From contig JAHEMF010000009.1 of NCBI GenBank assembly GCA_024643795.1, positions 15,955 to 79,954 of the forward strand: a stretch of 64,000 nucleotides of DNA. Reading direction: 5' to 3'. Of the stretch, positions 1 through 9,935 are shown in pieces. The notes beneath the pieces are model-generated. The model did not search any database, was not told where the DNA came from, and saw only the letters and a program-made list of their open reading frames with translations. A program made the translations under genes and the position numbers. Origin of the DNA: Bacteroidota bacterium. GTDB taxonomy: Bacteria; Bacteroidota; Bacteroidia; AKYH767-A; OLB10. Within the stretch, counting starts at the first letter, position 1, and the number at the start of each line of letters is the position of its first letter.

Positions 1-984
1 TTAATTGAAAGAAGAGCTGAGTCTATTATAAATACAACTGTTCCTGCCAACACGTTAAGAGTAGTAACACCTGCTAATTTACCATATGAACCATATACTC
101 CTAATATTCCACAAACTACCGGAATAGCATTCCTTATCTCATTATTTATGGCTACAATAATAGGACTATTTCGCACATCCAAGACCGTTAGTATCAAGAC
201 AAGGCAGGAGCTTGAGTCGGAAACAACTATTCCATTCATTGGTAATATTAAGAAAGATAAACACTCCAATTCAAGTTCTGTAGAATCATTCAGTGAGATT
301 TGTACTCGTTTGTTAATGAGAAACGAAACCCGTGATTCTCAAGTAATTACAGTAACCTCAACTCTTGCCGGAGAAGGAAAAACATATGTTGCAACCAACC
401 TTGCTAAATCGCTTGCAGCCATTGATAAAAAGGTGTTACTGATTGATATGAATATCAGAAAACCTGAATTAAATAAATTATTTAATATCACTTCCCAATA
501 CACTTTAGCAGATGTACTGGATAGTAGAATTAACATCCACGAAGCGGCAGGAATAACATCAATACCAAACCTGGAAGTTATAAACGGAGGTGAATTTAAA
601 TCAGGTATTAACTCACTCTTAACATCTGGCAAAACTTCTGAAGTGTTGAATGAATTGAAAAAACATTACAATGTTATCATCATTGATACGCCGGAAACTG
701 GAACATATATAGATGCTGTTCCCTTGATGAGAATGAGTGACCTGAGTTTATATGTTGTGAAGGCAAGTGCAAAAACAGATAGTCAAGTTATCAACGCTGA
801 ACTTATCTGTAAAGATTACGACATCCATAATATGCACATAGTATTGAATTCCGTGAAAACAACCCACAATCATGCGGGTTTAAGCCGAACCGGAACCTAT
901 AAATTGCCGGTATATTCTGAAGGGCATGAAATAGTTGGTGAACAACATGGATTTCTCCGCAAAATTGCACTGTGGTTTTACTAA
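1..984 (+). CDS. Polysaccharide biosynthesis tyrosine autokinase (Wzc/CpsD-like), C-terminal part; 5' end lies outside the window
   Basis: Frame 1 is open from nt 1 and reads ...VRVVTPANLPYEPYTPN... plus a TM helix, which is Wzc-like. The P-loop ATPase motifs are present: Walker A TSTLAGEGKT, A' LLIDMNIRKPE and B VIIIDTPE. The C-terminal tail is Tyr-containing. Confidence 0.8.
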   Translation, partial: LIERRAESIINTTVPANTLRVVTPANLPYEPYTPNIPQTTGIAFLISLFMATIIGLFRTSKTVSIKTRQELESETTIPFIGNIKKDKHSNSSSVESFSEICTRLLMRNETRDSQVITVTSTLAGEGKTYVATNLAKSLAAIDKKVLLIDMNIRKPELNKLFNITSQYTLADVLDSRINIHEAAGITSIPNLEVINGGEFKSGINSLLTSGKTSEVLNELKKHYNVIIIDTPETGTYIDAVPLMRMSDLSLYVVKASAKTDSQVINAELICKDYDIHNMHIVLNSVKTTHNHAGLSRTGTYKLPVYSEGHEIVGEQHGFLRKIALWFY

Positions 985-1019
985 ATCATCCGTAACTTTG
1001 AACAGAAGTTATTGGATTG

Positions 1020-1793
1020 ATGCCTGAAGAAAAAATCCCCCACAGGAATCTGTTTTTAGATTCTTTTATCAAGTCCTCCTCTGATCTGGAAGTTATTTTT
1101 CTGAACCATTCTGGTTCACCTGAAAAGCTACTTACGGACATCCAGTCAATCGACCTTTTGGCCGAAAAGGAATATAGTGTTCGTACAATTGATCACATTA
1201 AAACTCATCCGCTTGTAGCAAAGGTGCGGGTAGTTCCACAATACCGCTACAGTGATGTTTGGGTAGAATTTAAAGATCACACAGCTCTTCGCTTTCGATT
1301 AATAAGAACACTCATACGTAGAGGTTTAAGATTTTTAACCCCTGCAGAGATCAGAGCCACCAAGACCATCAATAATTTTGGCATGCCAATTCCATCAGAA
1401 GGGATTCATTTTGAGTATCTTATACTGACTGCACAATTCAATAAGATCCACCTTGCCGATCGGTATCGCAATCACTTTAATTCACTTGAATTCAAAAACC
1501 GGTCTGAGATATTTGGTCACATCCATCAACGATTAAGCCTAGTTATTCACAAGCTGGACGATCTCTATGAATATAGTTCAAGTATGCTTTTCCGAATTAC
1601 AGTAGCGTTACGAAAAAGAAAAGGGAATTCACTTTTACGGTTAGTGTTTCGATTAACAGAACAAGCTGCTTTCGGATTAACTAAAAATCTCTTTTTCAAG
1701 GAACAGATTTTCCAATCGCAGTATGTTCCGGTGCCACCTGTCGAAAAGGATTCGACTAAGAGTGAAATCCAAACTGGTACTACAGGAATATAG
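1020..1793 (+). CDS. Hypothetical protein (about 257 aa), co-directional with wzc
   Basis: Clean ORF. Position 1017 of the ORF track is a TTG, and the ATG follows at 1020. I recognise no motif. Confidence 0.5.
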   Translation: MPEEKIPHRNLFLDSFIKSSSDLEVIFLNHSGSPEKLLTDIQSIDLLAEKEYSVRTIDHIKTHPLVAKVRVVPQYRYSDVWVEFKDHTALRFRLIRTLIRRGLRFLTPAEIRATKTINNFGMPIPSEGIHFEYLILTAQFNKIHLADRYRNHFNSLEFKNRSEIFGHIHQRLSLVIHKLDDLYEYSSSMLFRITVALRKRKGNSLLRLVFRLTEQAAFGLTKNLFFKEQIFQSQYVPVPPVEKDSTKSEIQTGTTGI

Positions 1794-2103
1794 TTTTTTT
1801 GATTATCGGCCTGATCGCTTCAGCACAATAGTGCAATCATAAGGGCTAGTTTACCCTCCATACAACATCTTTTAAGTAAAAGAGCGTAAAATGCCTGAAA
1901 ACCTTACATCAACAAGAGGTTAGACATTGAAATTCCTTCAACCTTAACCCCTTGTTTATCAATATTTTAAACTATCCATAGGTTTGTAAAATTGATACAA
2001 AAGCAAGAATTCTTTCATCTGCAAGGTTCCGTGGTTATACAAAAAGCCTTTGTGCGGCCGCTATGTATAATACGGAGAAAACCAACAATCAACCTTGTAC
2101 CGG

Positions 2104-5061
2104 ATGAAAGCAATAACATGGCTTTTAATGATATTGATATCTGCAACTGCAGGAGCACAAACTGTAAGTACCGTAGCAGGAATTGCCGGTGTGGTAGGAT
2201 CAGCTAATGGCCCTGCTGCAACTTCTTCATTCAACAACCCGCATGGAGTTGCTTCAGACAAACAGGGTAATGTATATGTAGCAGACCGATATGGTCATAA
2301 GATCCGCAAAATAACACCGGCAGGTGTTGTTTCAACTATAGCCGGATCAAGTTCTCCGGGATTCACAAACGGACCGGGAGTAAGTGCTTCTTTCAATGAA
2401 CCATGGGCGGTAGCATGCGACACAGCAGGCAACATTTACGTTGCTGATGCAAAAAACTATGCGATAAGAATGATTACGCCTGGAGGTGTGGTCAGTACTG
2501 TGGCTGGCACAGGAACATTTGGTGTTACAAACGGTCCTGTTTCTACAGCACAATTTGGATTTCCTTCAGGCCTGGCGGTTTCGCCAAATGGACTAACCAT
2601 TTATGTGTGCGACCGGATGACTCACACTATCCGTAAAATCTCCGGGGGAAATGTTACTACATTGGCAGGAACTGCATTCTCTGCCGGCTCGGCTGATGGC
2701 ACAGGAGCTTTGGCCAGGTTTGATCACCCTTATTCAATTGCCCTCAGTGTACAAGGAAATATATTAGTTGCTGATGAATGGAATAATAAAATACGCCATG
2801 TAACACCTGCAGGAGTTGTTACAACTTATGCAGGGTCAGGTATACCAGGTTCAACCAACGGTCCGGCACCAACTGCTTCATTCAATGGTCCATGGGGTAT
2901 AACCGTAGCATCTAACGGTGAGGTATATGTGAGTGAAGGGAATAATTTCCTCATTCGACTTATTACTACTTCAGGAAATGTTACTACATATGCAGGACAA
3001 GATGGTGTTCCGGGGTTTGCTAACGGACCTTTATTGCAAGCCACATTTAATGGCGTTAGTTCTATGTGGTATGATTCAAATGACGGTACTATTTATCTTT
3101 GTGATCCATACAGTCAGTTAGTTAGAAAAATAGGAGCTTCAGCTCCACCACCATTAACTTTATCATCATCTGCAATAAATAATAATGTTTGCAATGGAAG
3201 TAATGTTACCGTTACTGCTGTTCCATCAAACCTTGTTTCATACACTTTTTATGAAGGTCCGAATGTACTTGGAACTTCTTCAAATGGAAGTATTGTTCTT
3301 ACCGGATTATCGCAGGGAAACCATACTATTACATGTTCAGGTACCAATTCTCAGGGGCAGACTGTTAATTCTAACTCGCTGGTTTTAAACTTCTTACCAC
3401 CTCTTTCAGTAAGCATTACCGCTAACGGACCTACAACTTTATGTCCGGGCGATTCTGTGCAACTCAGCGCAACCAATGGTACGAGTTACATTTGGTCCAA
3501 TGGCGCAGTAACTCAAAACATTTATGCTACAGGTAATAACACTTATACTGTAACCATAACCGATGCAAATAGTTGTTCGGGCATTTCAAATTCACTGCAA
3601 ATATCAGAATTGCAAGCTCCAACCGCTTCTATCACACAAACACCATCCGGTCCAGTTTGTACGGGTGACACAGTAACTCTAGTAGCAAGCAGTGCTGTTT
3701 CTTGGCAATGGTCAACAGGGGCTACCACACAATCCATATCAATAATTGGTAATGGAAATTATACCGTCCTGGTAACAAACAATGCAGGTTGCAGTGCTAT
3801 TTCTTCACCGGCAAATATTTCTTACTTGCCACAAACTAATGCATCAATTAATCCTTCTGGATCCATATTGATCACACCAGGTCAAAGTGTTTCCTTGTCA
3901 GCAAACAATGGAACAGGTTATGCGTGGTCTAACGGAGCAACAACACAAAATATTAATATCTCCAATCCTGGCACATATACAGTAATCGTTACAGACCCCA
4001 ATGGGTGTTTGTCAACTCCCGCAACTGTCAACATCACGTTACAAGATCCGGCTACCATGGCTATAGCATTAGGTTCCACAAACATTTGCGATGGAGATTC
4101 TGTAGAAATATTATCCTCATTCCCAACTGGTAATCAATGGTTTAGGAATGGCATCGCTATTTCTGGTGCTACAGCTCAAACATTTTATGCTAAACAATCA
4201 GGAGCATATTATCTAAAAGTCATTCAGGCAAATGGAGGTCCTGATCTATACTCTGATACTATTAACATATCGATAATAGTCTTACCATCTACCATCACAG
4301 CTATTGAGGATTCTGCATGCAAAGGACAGCCGGTCTATTTAAGCATTACTCCACAATCGGGGATAACATATTCATGGTACGATCAACCAACAGGTGGAAC
4401 CCTACTTACCACAGGATCAAGCTTTACCACGCCGGCATTAAACGGGTCACTTACCTTATACATAGAGTTATCCGATAACAATGGCTGTGTAAAAAATAAC
4501 CGATTCAACATTACTGCATTTCAATTGGAAACACCTGTAGCAGATTTTGTGAATAATAATGCACAACCTGTCAGTGGCGGTTTTCAGATATCTTTTCAAG
4601 ACGCAAGCACATTTGCCGACAACTATTTTTGGGATTTTGGTGAACCAGGTTCATCAGGCAATACATCAACAATTTCCAGTCCATCACATATATACGCTAA
4701 CGTTGGAGACTATTTGGTTACTCTAACAACTACCAACAATTCGGGTTGTTCAGATCAGATACTCAGAACGATATCGGTTAATAGAAGCAATAACATATTC
4801 ATTCCCAATGCATTTACACCAAATAACGATGGGAGTAACGATCTGTTCAGAGTTCGTGGAAACAACATCGCATATTATGATCTAAGCATCTTCAGCTCCT
4901 GGGGACAACGGATCTGGTTCTCACCAAAAGAGACCACAGGATGGAATGGAACAGTCAATGGGGATTTGGTTCCGAATGGAACATACTCTTATGTGGTTGA
5001 AGTGTTTTTTGAAGATGGCAACAAAGAATTGTATAAAGGAAATATAAGTGTTATCAGGTAA
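2104..5061 (+). CDS. Secreted NHL-repeat beta-propeller protein with tandem Ig-like repeats, a PKD domain and a T9SS type-B C-terminal domain (gliding motility-associated CTD)
   Basis: Signal peptide MKAITWLLMILISATAGAQ. Six NHL repeats ending in the YVAD..IRKI pattern. About seven repeats of roughly 85 aa of the form C.G..V.L.A...YxWSNGATTQ. A PKD-like DFGEPGSSGNT...YLVTLTTTN segment. The C-terminus NAFTPNNDGSNDLFRVRG...YSYVVEV is the type-B CTD signature. The track start at 2095 is a TTG. Confidence 0.85.
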   Translation: MKAITWLLMILISATAGAQTVSTVAGIAGVVGSANGPAATSSFNNPHGVASDKQGNVYVADRYGHKIRKITPAGVVSTIAGSSSPGFTNGPGVSASFNEPWAVACDTAGNIYVADAKNYAIRMITPGGVVSTVAGTGTFGVTNGPVSTAQFGFPSGLAVSPNGLTIYVCDRMTHTIRKISGGNVTTLAGTAFSAGSADGTGALARFDHPYSIALSVQGNILVADEWNNKIRHVTPAGVVTTYAGSGIPGSTNGPAPTASFNGPWGITVASNGEVYVSEGNNFLIRLITTSGNVTTYAGQDGVPGFANGPLLQATFNGVSSMWYDSNDGTIYLCDPYSQLVRKIGASAPPPLTLSSSAINNNVCNGSNVTVTAVPSNLVSYTFYEGPNVLGTSSNGSIVLTGLSQGNHTITCSGTNSQGQTVNSNSLVLNFLPPLSVSITANGPTTLCPGDSVQLSATNGTSYIWSNGAVTQNIYATGNNTYTVTITDANSCSGISNSLQISELQAPTASITQTPSGPVCTGDTVTLVASSAVSWQWSTGATTQSISIIGNGNYTVLVTNNAGCSAISSPANISYLPQTNASINPSGSILITPGQSVSLSANNGTGYAWSNGATTQNINISNPGTYTVIVTDPNGCLSTPATVNITLQDPATMAIALGSTNICDGDSVEILSSFPTGNQWFRNGIAISGATAQTFYAKQSGAYYLKVIQANGGPDLYSDTINISIIVLPSTITAIEDSACKGQPVYLSITPQSGITYSWYDQPTGGTLLTTGSSFTTPALNGSLTLYIELSDNNGCVKNNRFNITAFQLETPVADFVNNNAQPVSGGFQISFQDASTFADNYFWDFGEPGSSGNTSTISSPSHIYANVGDYLVTLTTTNNSGCSDQILRTISVNRSNNIFIPNAFTPNNDGSNDLFRVRGNNIAYYDLSIFSSWGQRIWFSPKETTGWNGTVNGDLVPNGTYSYVVEVFFEDGNKELYKGNISVIR

Positions 5062-5065
5062 GCAT

Positions 5066-6985
5066 ATGAAGAGAACTTTACTTCACATATTCACGCTTTC
5101 ATTGTTCTTGCCTGCATTAAGTGTAGCTCAGGACGCAAGGTTTAGTCAATATTATAATAACCCATTGCTCTCAAGCCCTGCAATGGCCGGGAATGGGATT
5201 GAATACATCCGGGTAACCGCAACATATCGCAGTCAATGGGCAGGCCTGGGTAAGCCATTCAGCACTCAGGGTTTATTCGTTGATAAGGTTGTATCACGTG
5301 TAGGAATAGGCGGATACATAGTTCGTCACGGTGCAGGAGATGCTGGAATAAAAACCATACAAGCAGGAGGTAACTTTTCATACAACCTACCTGTGGGATA
5401 TGAAAAAAACAACACAATAACAGGAGGCATTCAGCTTGGATTGCTAAATAAAAGTTTTGATCAATCGTCCTTAACATTTGATAATCAATATACTCCGGAT
5501 GTAGGATACGATCCAAATATTGCATCAGGAGAATATTTTGCCAATACAAGTATCACAAGGCCGGATATCAGCATTGGATTTATGTGGCAAAGAGGATGGA
5601 CAAATAAAGACATCCGCTTCAAGCCATATGCAGGTATATCTTTTGCGCATGTGAATAAACCTAAAGAGATTTTTATTGAAGAGGCTGCAGTGCATCCAGT
5701 AAAAACAACGTATCATTTAGGTGCAGCATACCAGCTAAACGAAAAGACAGAGATCAGGCCCAGTCTTCAGGCTATGAATCAAGGTCCGTTTACTGAAACA
5801 ACTTTTGGAACAATGCTTTCCTATACTTTGCCAAATGAAAATCATGTACAGCTAGGCGTTTATGACAGAGTTAATGATGCTGTAATTGCCTATGCAGGAT
5901 ATCAGGTCAATCAGCTTATGCTGGGATTTTCATATGATGTTAACACATCTGCTTTGAGCACATCGGGCAAAGGCGTTGATGCTTTTGAACTTTCACTAAC
6001 GTGGTCGCCTAAACCCAAACGTAAGAAAACTCCAAAAGAAATTGAAGATATAAAAGAGAGTATTAAGCCACGTGAAAAAGTAGACATCAGTATCGAAGAA
6101 TCCATTGAGGTAACTTCTATTGAATTACCTGAAGATTCACAACCGGAGTTGGCACTGGAGCCATCAGCCAGGATTATAATTCCTGAAAAGGTAGCGCCTG
6201 AAAAGGAGCCTATTGAAGAGGCTATCATGCTGGATACCACACCTTTAAATATTGCGCCTATTGAGATTGAGACCATAGCAGAGTTTATACCAGATGAGAT
6301 CCCTGAAAGAGAATCGATCTCGATAATGGATAAGACTGTTACAGATCAGCTAGCTGTGAATTCCGGTATGGAAATCGCATCTGATCCGGATGTTGTTGTC
6401 AACACCGAGTACATTCCTGCCAAACCTATTGCAGTAGAAGATACCGACCAGGATGGCGTGAATGATGAACAGGATGAATGCCCATTCATATTTGGCAGTC
6501 CCGCAACACACGGTTGTCCGGATTCTGATAATGATGGCATCATAGATCAGAACGATGATTGTCCGATGGATGCAGGCACACTTGCCTTGAATGGTTGTCC
6601 GGAAAAAGAGCTTTCAAAAGAAGCCGCAACAGGTCAAACCACCATCAAGAGCTTTAATAACATACTGTTTGATACAGGGCGCGACAAGCTAAGAACTGAT
6701 GACATTTTTGAAATCATTGAAAGAGCTATAGACCTTATGTATGCCAATCCTGATGCACAGGTTATTTTGTCAGGACATACTGATTCAGAGGGTGATCCTC
6801 GCAGTAATATGTATTTGTCTCAGGCAAGAGCCAACATTGTAAAGAAATATATGATGAAGCAAGGTGTTGAAGAAGACCGTATAAGTATTGTAACATACGG
6901 AGAAAGTATGCCTCTTGTGAATAATAAAACAGAAGAAGGGCGTCAGCAGAACCGTAGAGTAGAAATAAACATAATTAGGAAATAA
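5066..6985 (+). CDS. PorP/SprF-family T9SS membrane protein fused to thrombospondin type-3 Ca-binding repeats and an OmpA C-terminal peptidoglycan-binding domain
   Basis: N-terminus FSQYYNNPLLSSPAMAG...RSQWAGLGKPFST matches PorP/SprF. TSP3-like DTDQDGVNDEQDECP and DSDNDGIIDQNDDCP. OmpA C-terminal domain NILFDTGRDKL...SGHTDSEGDPRSNMYLSQARA...NRRVEI. The track start at 5048 is a GTG; signal peptide MKRTLLHIFTLSLFLPALSVAQ follows the ATG at 5066. Confidence 0.85.
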   Translation: MKRTLLHIFTLSLFLPALSVAQDARFSQYYNNPLLSSPAMAGNGIEYIRVTATYRSQWAGLGKPFSTQGLFVDKVVSRVGIGGYIVRHGAGDAGIKTIQAGGNFSYNLPVGYEKNNTITGGIQLGLLNKSFDQSSLTFDNQYTPDVGYDPNIASGEYFANTSITRPDISIGFMWQRGWTNKDIRFKPYAGISFAHVNKPKEIFIEEAAVHPVKTTYHLGAAYQLNEKTEIRPSLQAMNQGPFTETTFGTMLSYTLPNENHVQLGVYDRVNDAVIAYAGYQVNQLMLGFSYDVNTSALSTSGKGVDAFELSLTWSPKPKRKKTPKEIEDIKESIKPREKVDISIEESIEVTSIELPEDSQPELALEPSARIIIPEKVAPEKEPIEEAIMLDTTPLNIAPIEIETIAEFIPDEIPERESISIMDKTVTDQLAVNSGMEIASDPDVVVNTEYIPAKPIAVEDTDQDGVNDEQDECPFIFGSPATHGCPDSDNDGIIDQNDDCPMDAGTLALNGCPEKELSKEAATGQTTIKSFNNILFDTGRDKLRTDDIFEIIERAIDLMYANPDAQVILSGHTDSEGDPRSNMYLSQARANIVKKYMMKQGVEEDRISIVTYGESMPLVNNKTEEGRQQNRRVEINIIRK

Positions 6986-8067
6986 TGGTCCTGAGTAAAC
7001 TACTTCACTTTGTTTTGCCTTTTGGGCTGGCCATGATCATAACATTTGTACTCACACCATTTTGGATCTCTGTGTGCCGAAAGTGGAACTTATTTGATGA
7101 GCCTGATAACAGAAAGCATCACCAGCATCTCACTCCTAGCATGGGAGGTATAGCACTCTTTGCAGGACTGATCATTTCATTTTTATCATTTTCGGAAATT
7201 GAAGATTACTCAAAAATGCAGTATTTATTGGGCGGTTTGGTGATATTGTTTTTCACGGGATTTTTTGATGATCTGATGAACATACCGGCAGCTAAGAAAA
7301 TGTTGTTTCAGCTTGCCGCAGGGGCAATTATATACTTTGGCGGATTTAGGTTAGATCTATTTCCAGGCTTCGAATCATTTGGAAAAATACCAGATGTATT
7401 TAGCTTTCCCCTGACATTGTTTGCAGTAATAATGTTTACGAATGCTTATAATTTCATTGATGGGGCTGATGGCTTGGCATGCAGTATTGGGCTTATAATA
7501 TCGGCATCTTTGGGTATGGTATTTTTGATATTAGGACGAATAGATTTTGCAACAATTTCATTTTGTCTGACCGGGGCCCTTCTTGGATTCTTATTCTTCA
7601 ATTTCCAACCCGCAAAGATCTTTATGGGCGATACGGGGTCATTAGTAGTAGGCTTTTTATTAATTGTTCTTGCCCTGGAAGCAATACAAAGCACTGCCAT
7701 AACATCAGATGTGGCTATTAATCCAAGTCTCATTTATGCAATTCTTTTTGTGCCAGCATTTGACCTGGTACGGGTTTTTGTTATCAGAGTAATGAATGGT
7801 GACTCTCCACTTGACGCTGATAGAAATCACTTACATCATCTTGTTATGAAGAATGGTTTTGGCCATGGTAGTACCACAATATTAATTTGCCTTTACACAA
7901 CATCCGTTATATCGTTACAACTTACACTTCTGTCACATATGTCTGTGATTTTGTTTTTGATGATAGTATCTGTTTTTTCACTTTTAGTCATGAATTCAAA
8001 AGTCCTGGGGCTGCTAGCACAAATTAGAGATTGGGCGCTTTCAACGATTTCATCAGAAAAGATCTGA
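6985..8067 (+). CDS. Glycosyltransferase family 4 (WecA/MraY-like undecaprenyl-phosphate HexNAc-1-phosphate transferase)
   Basis: Polytopic membrane protein with the NAYNFIDGADGL motif and FDDLMNIP. Its ATG overlaps the preceding stop (TAATG). Confidence 0.8.
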   Translation: MVLSKLLHFVLPFGLAMIITFVLTPFWISVCRKWNLFDEPDNRKHHQHLTPSMGGIALFAGLIISFLSFSEIEDYSKMQYLLGGLVILFFTGFFDDLMNIPAAKKMLFQLAAGAIIYFGGFRLDLFPGFESFGKIPDVFSFPLTLFAVIMFTNAYNFIDGADGLACSIGLIISASLGMVFLILGRIDFATISFCLTGALLGFLFFNFQPAKIFMGDTGSLVVGFLLIVLALEAIQSTAITSDVAINPSLIYAILFVPAFDLVRVFVIRVMNGDSPLDADRNHLHHLVMKNGFGHGSTTILICLYTTSVISLQLTLLSHMSVILFLMIVSVFSLLVMNSKVLGLLAQIRDWALSTISSEKI

Positions 8068-8097
8068 TTTTGTAATTTGGCGCATTCACATCGAACA

Positions 8098-9486
8098 ATG
8101 CGCAGAATACTTCTACTCTCGATACTGTTACTAACAGCCACTTCCTCAGGAGCGCAAAATGCTACTGATTCATTGATTATTAGACAGATACATGATTTTT
8201 CATTGGTAAATGGCAAAGCCTATGACTGGTTGAATCATATTTGTTTAAATATTGGCGGTCGGCTGGCGGGGTCTCCTCAATCTGAAAAAGCAATACAATA
8301 TACCTACGAGGTTATGGACAGCATTGTACCAGGCAATGTAAGTTTACAGGAGGTGATGGTCGTAAACTGGAAGAGAGGGGAAAAGGAAAACTGTTATACA
8401 ACAGATAAAAAGGGGAATAAAACTCATTACAGAATCACATCACTTGGTAATAGTGTAGGCACACCGTTAGATGGAATAACTGCACCTGTAATTAAGTTAA
8501 ATTCTTTTGCAGAACTCAACTCACTTTCAACAGCTGATGTGCAAGGTAAGATCGTTTTTTATGATGAGCCTATGGATCAACGGTTTATTAATTCATTTAG
8601 CGCATACAGCAGCTGTGGATCTATCAGATGGTACGGTCCAAAAGGCGCAGCTCCTCTTGGAGCTCTGGCAACCATCAACCGGTCGCTCACACATGCCTCC
8701 GACGACCACCCGCACACCGGAAGCATTGTGTACGTCGATTCCATTCCAAAGATCCCGGGGGCTGCAATAAGTACATCGGGAGCTGATTTATTGAGTAAGG
8801 CCCTGGCAGAGGATCCTGACCTGACCCTTACTCTGGAAATGGATTGTAAAATGCTGGACGATATTAAATCCTACAATGTTATTGGTGAGATCAAGGGAAC
8901 TGAACACCCCGAAGAGATCATAGTGGTAGGAGGCCATCTTGACGCCTGGGACAACGGAGGACAGGGTGCTCATGATGATGGTGCAGGCTGTGTACAGTCC
9001 ATGGAAGTTCTCAATATTTTTAATTCATTGAACATCCGTCCCAAAAGAACTATTAGAATAGTAATGTTCATGAACGAAGAAAATGGTGTTAGAGGTGGTA
9101 AAAAATACGCTGATAATGCAAAAGAAAAAAATGAAAAACATATCGCTGCAATTGAATCAGATGCGGGAGGTTTTTCACCGAGAGGCTATTATATGGATGG
9201 GGATGCAGACAAATTAAGTATGGTAAAAAAATGGATACCTTTATTTCAACCTTATTTACTACATAGTTTTGATCAGGTAGGAGGGGGTGCTGATATCAGT
9301 GGATTGAAATCGCAAGGCGCAGTTGTAATGGGGCTATATCCTGACTCACAACGTTATTTTGATTACCACCATGCCGAAACAGACACTTTTGATAAAGTAA
9401 ACAGAAGAGAGTTACAGTTAGGTGCTGCGGCTTTGGCATCTATGGCATACCTGATTTCAGAATATGGCCTGGATAATATTCCTTAA
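8098..9486 (+). CDS. M28-family zinc aminopeptidase with PA domain, secreted
   Basis: GGHLDAWDNGGQGAHDDGAGC and NEENGVRGG motifs. Signal peptide MRRILLLSILLLTATSSGAQ. The track start at 8077 is a TTG. Confidence 0.8.
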   Translation: MRRILLLSILLLTATSSGAQNATDSLIIRQIHDFSLVNGKAYDWLNHICLNIGGRLAGSPQSEKAIQYTYEVMDSIVPGNVSLQEVMVVNWKRGEKENCYTTDKKGNKTHYRITSLGNSVGTPLDGITAPVIKLNSFAELNSLSTADVQGKIVFYDEPMDQRFINSFSAYSSCGSIRWYGPKGAAPLGALATINRSLTHASDDHPHTGSIVYVDSIPKIPGAAISTSGADLLSKALAEDPDLTLTLEMDCKMLDDIKSYNVIGEIKGTEHPEEIIVVGGHLDAWDNGGQGAHDDGAGCVQSMEVLNIFNSLNIRPKRTIRIVMFMNEENGVRGGKKYADNAKEKNEKHIAAIESDAGGFSPRGYYMDGDADKLSMVKKWIPLFQPYLLHSFDQVGGGADISGLKSQGAVVMGLYPDSQRYFDYHHAETDTFDKVNRRELQLGAAALASMAYLISEYGLDNIP

Positions 9487-9524
9487 TAATCTTCATTTCA
9501 TTTCCCCACTATCCCGTAAGGAAA

Positions 9525-9935
9525 TTATTCCATAGTACTCCGAAGTTTTTTTAATTCTCCGCGCAATTTTTTTTGCCGCAACCTTGATTCGTCAGCCGAC
9601 TTTGATTTCACTGTAGATTTGCGAACCTTTTGCTTTTTTAATGCAGTATTAATAAGAGCAGCAAATTTATCCAGCACTTCCTTTCTGTTCACATATTGAG
9701 TTCTGCCAGAAGATGCAACTATTCTAATTAAACCTTGCCCTGATATCTTGTTGGCCAACCGGGTATTTAATAGCTCCTTGGTTTTTGCGTCGAGGAATTT
9801 TGAGTTGATAATATCAAAATATAACTCAACTCTTGTTGCAACTTTATTAACGTTCTGCCCGCCCTTTCCACCACTTGTGATAGCTTTTAGTTTACATTCC
9901 GTAAGCAAGTTATGTATCAAGCCTTCGTTTATCAT
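9525..9935 (-). CDS. arfB: Alternative ribosome-rescue factor ArfB (peptidyl-tRNA hydrolase, RF-1 domain)
   Basis: SGGKGGQNVNKV GGQ motif, about 136 aa, basic C-terminal tail. Confidence 0.8.
   Translation of the reverse strand: MINEGLIHNLLTECKLKAITSGGKGGQNVNKVATRVELYFDIINSKFLDAKTKELLNTRLANKISGQGLIRIVASSGRTQYVNRKEVLDKFAALINTALKKQKVRKSTVKSKSADESRLRQKKLRGELKKLRSTME

Noticed and set aside
339-632. Many 60-130 aa ORFs antisense to or embedded in the large genes, for example 339-632, 2061-2261, 5911-6276, 7446-7733, 19020-19223, 20849-21244, 29520-30044, 36530-36889 and 60529-60888
   Set aside because: Each lies inside a well-supported longer gene on the other strand or in another frame. They are low complexity, Ser/Cys/Arg-rich as GC-skewed antisense frames typically are, with no motifs. 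I treat them as spurious.
2095-2103. N-terminal extensions in the ORF track at 2095, 5048, 8077, 23788, 38732, 41349, 59387 and 46728, and the leading TTG at 1017
   Set aside because: The first 'M' is a TTG or GTG triplet, or a short leader, placed before an ATG that begins a canonical signal peptide or is forced by an overlap with csaA. I report the internal ATG starts. TTG or GTG was kept only where no alternative preserves conserved N-terminal sequence (17800-21519, 23906-25432, 10723-11868, 36063-37439).
1992-2207. 71-aa ORF overlapping the start of the NHL cargo gene
   Set aside because: Cys/Arg-rich nonsense frame that overlaps a confident signal peptide of the real gene.
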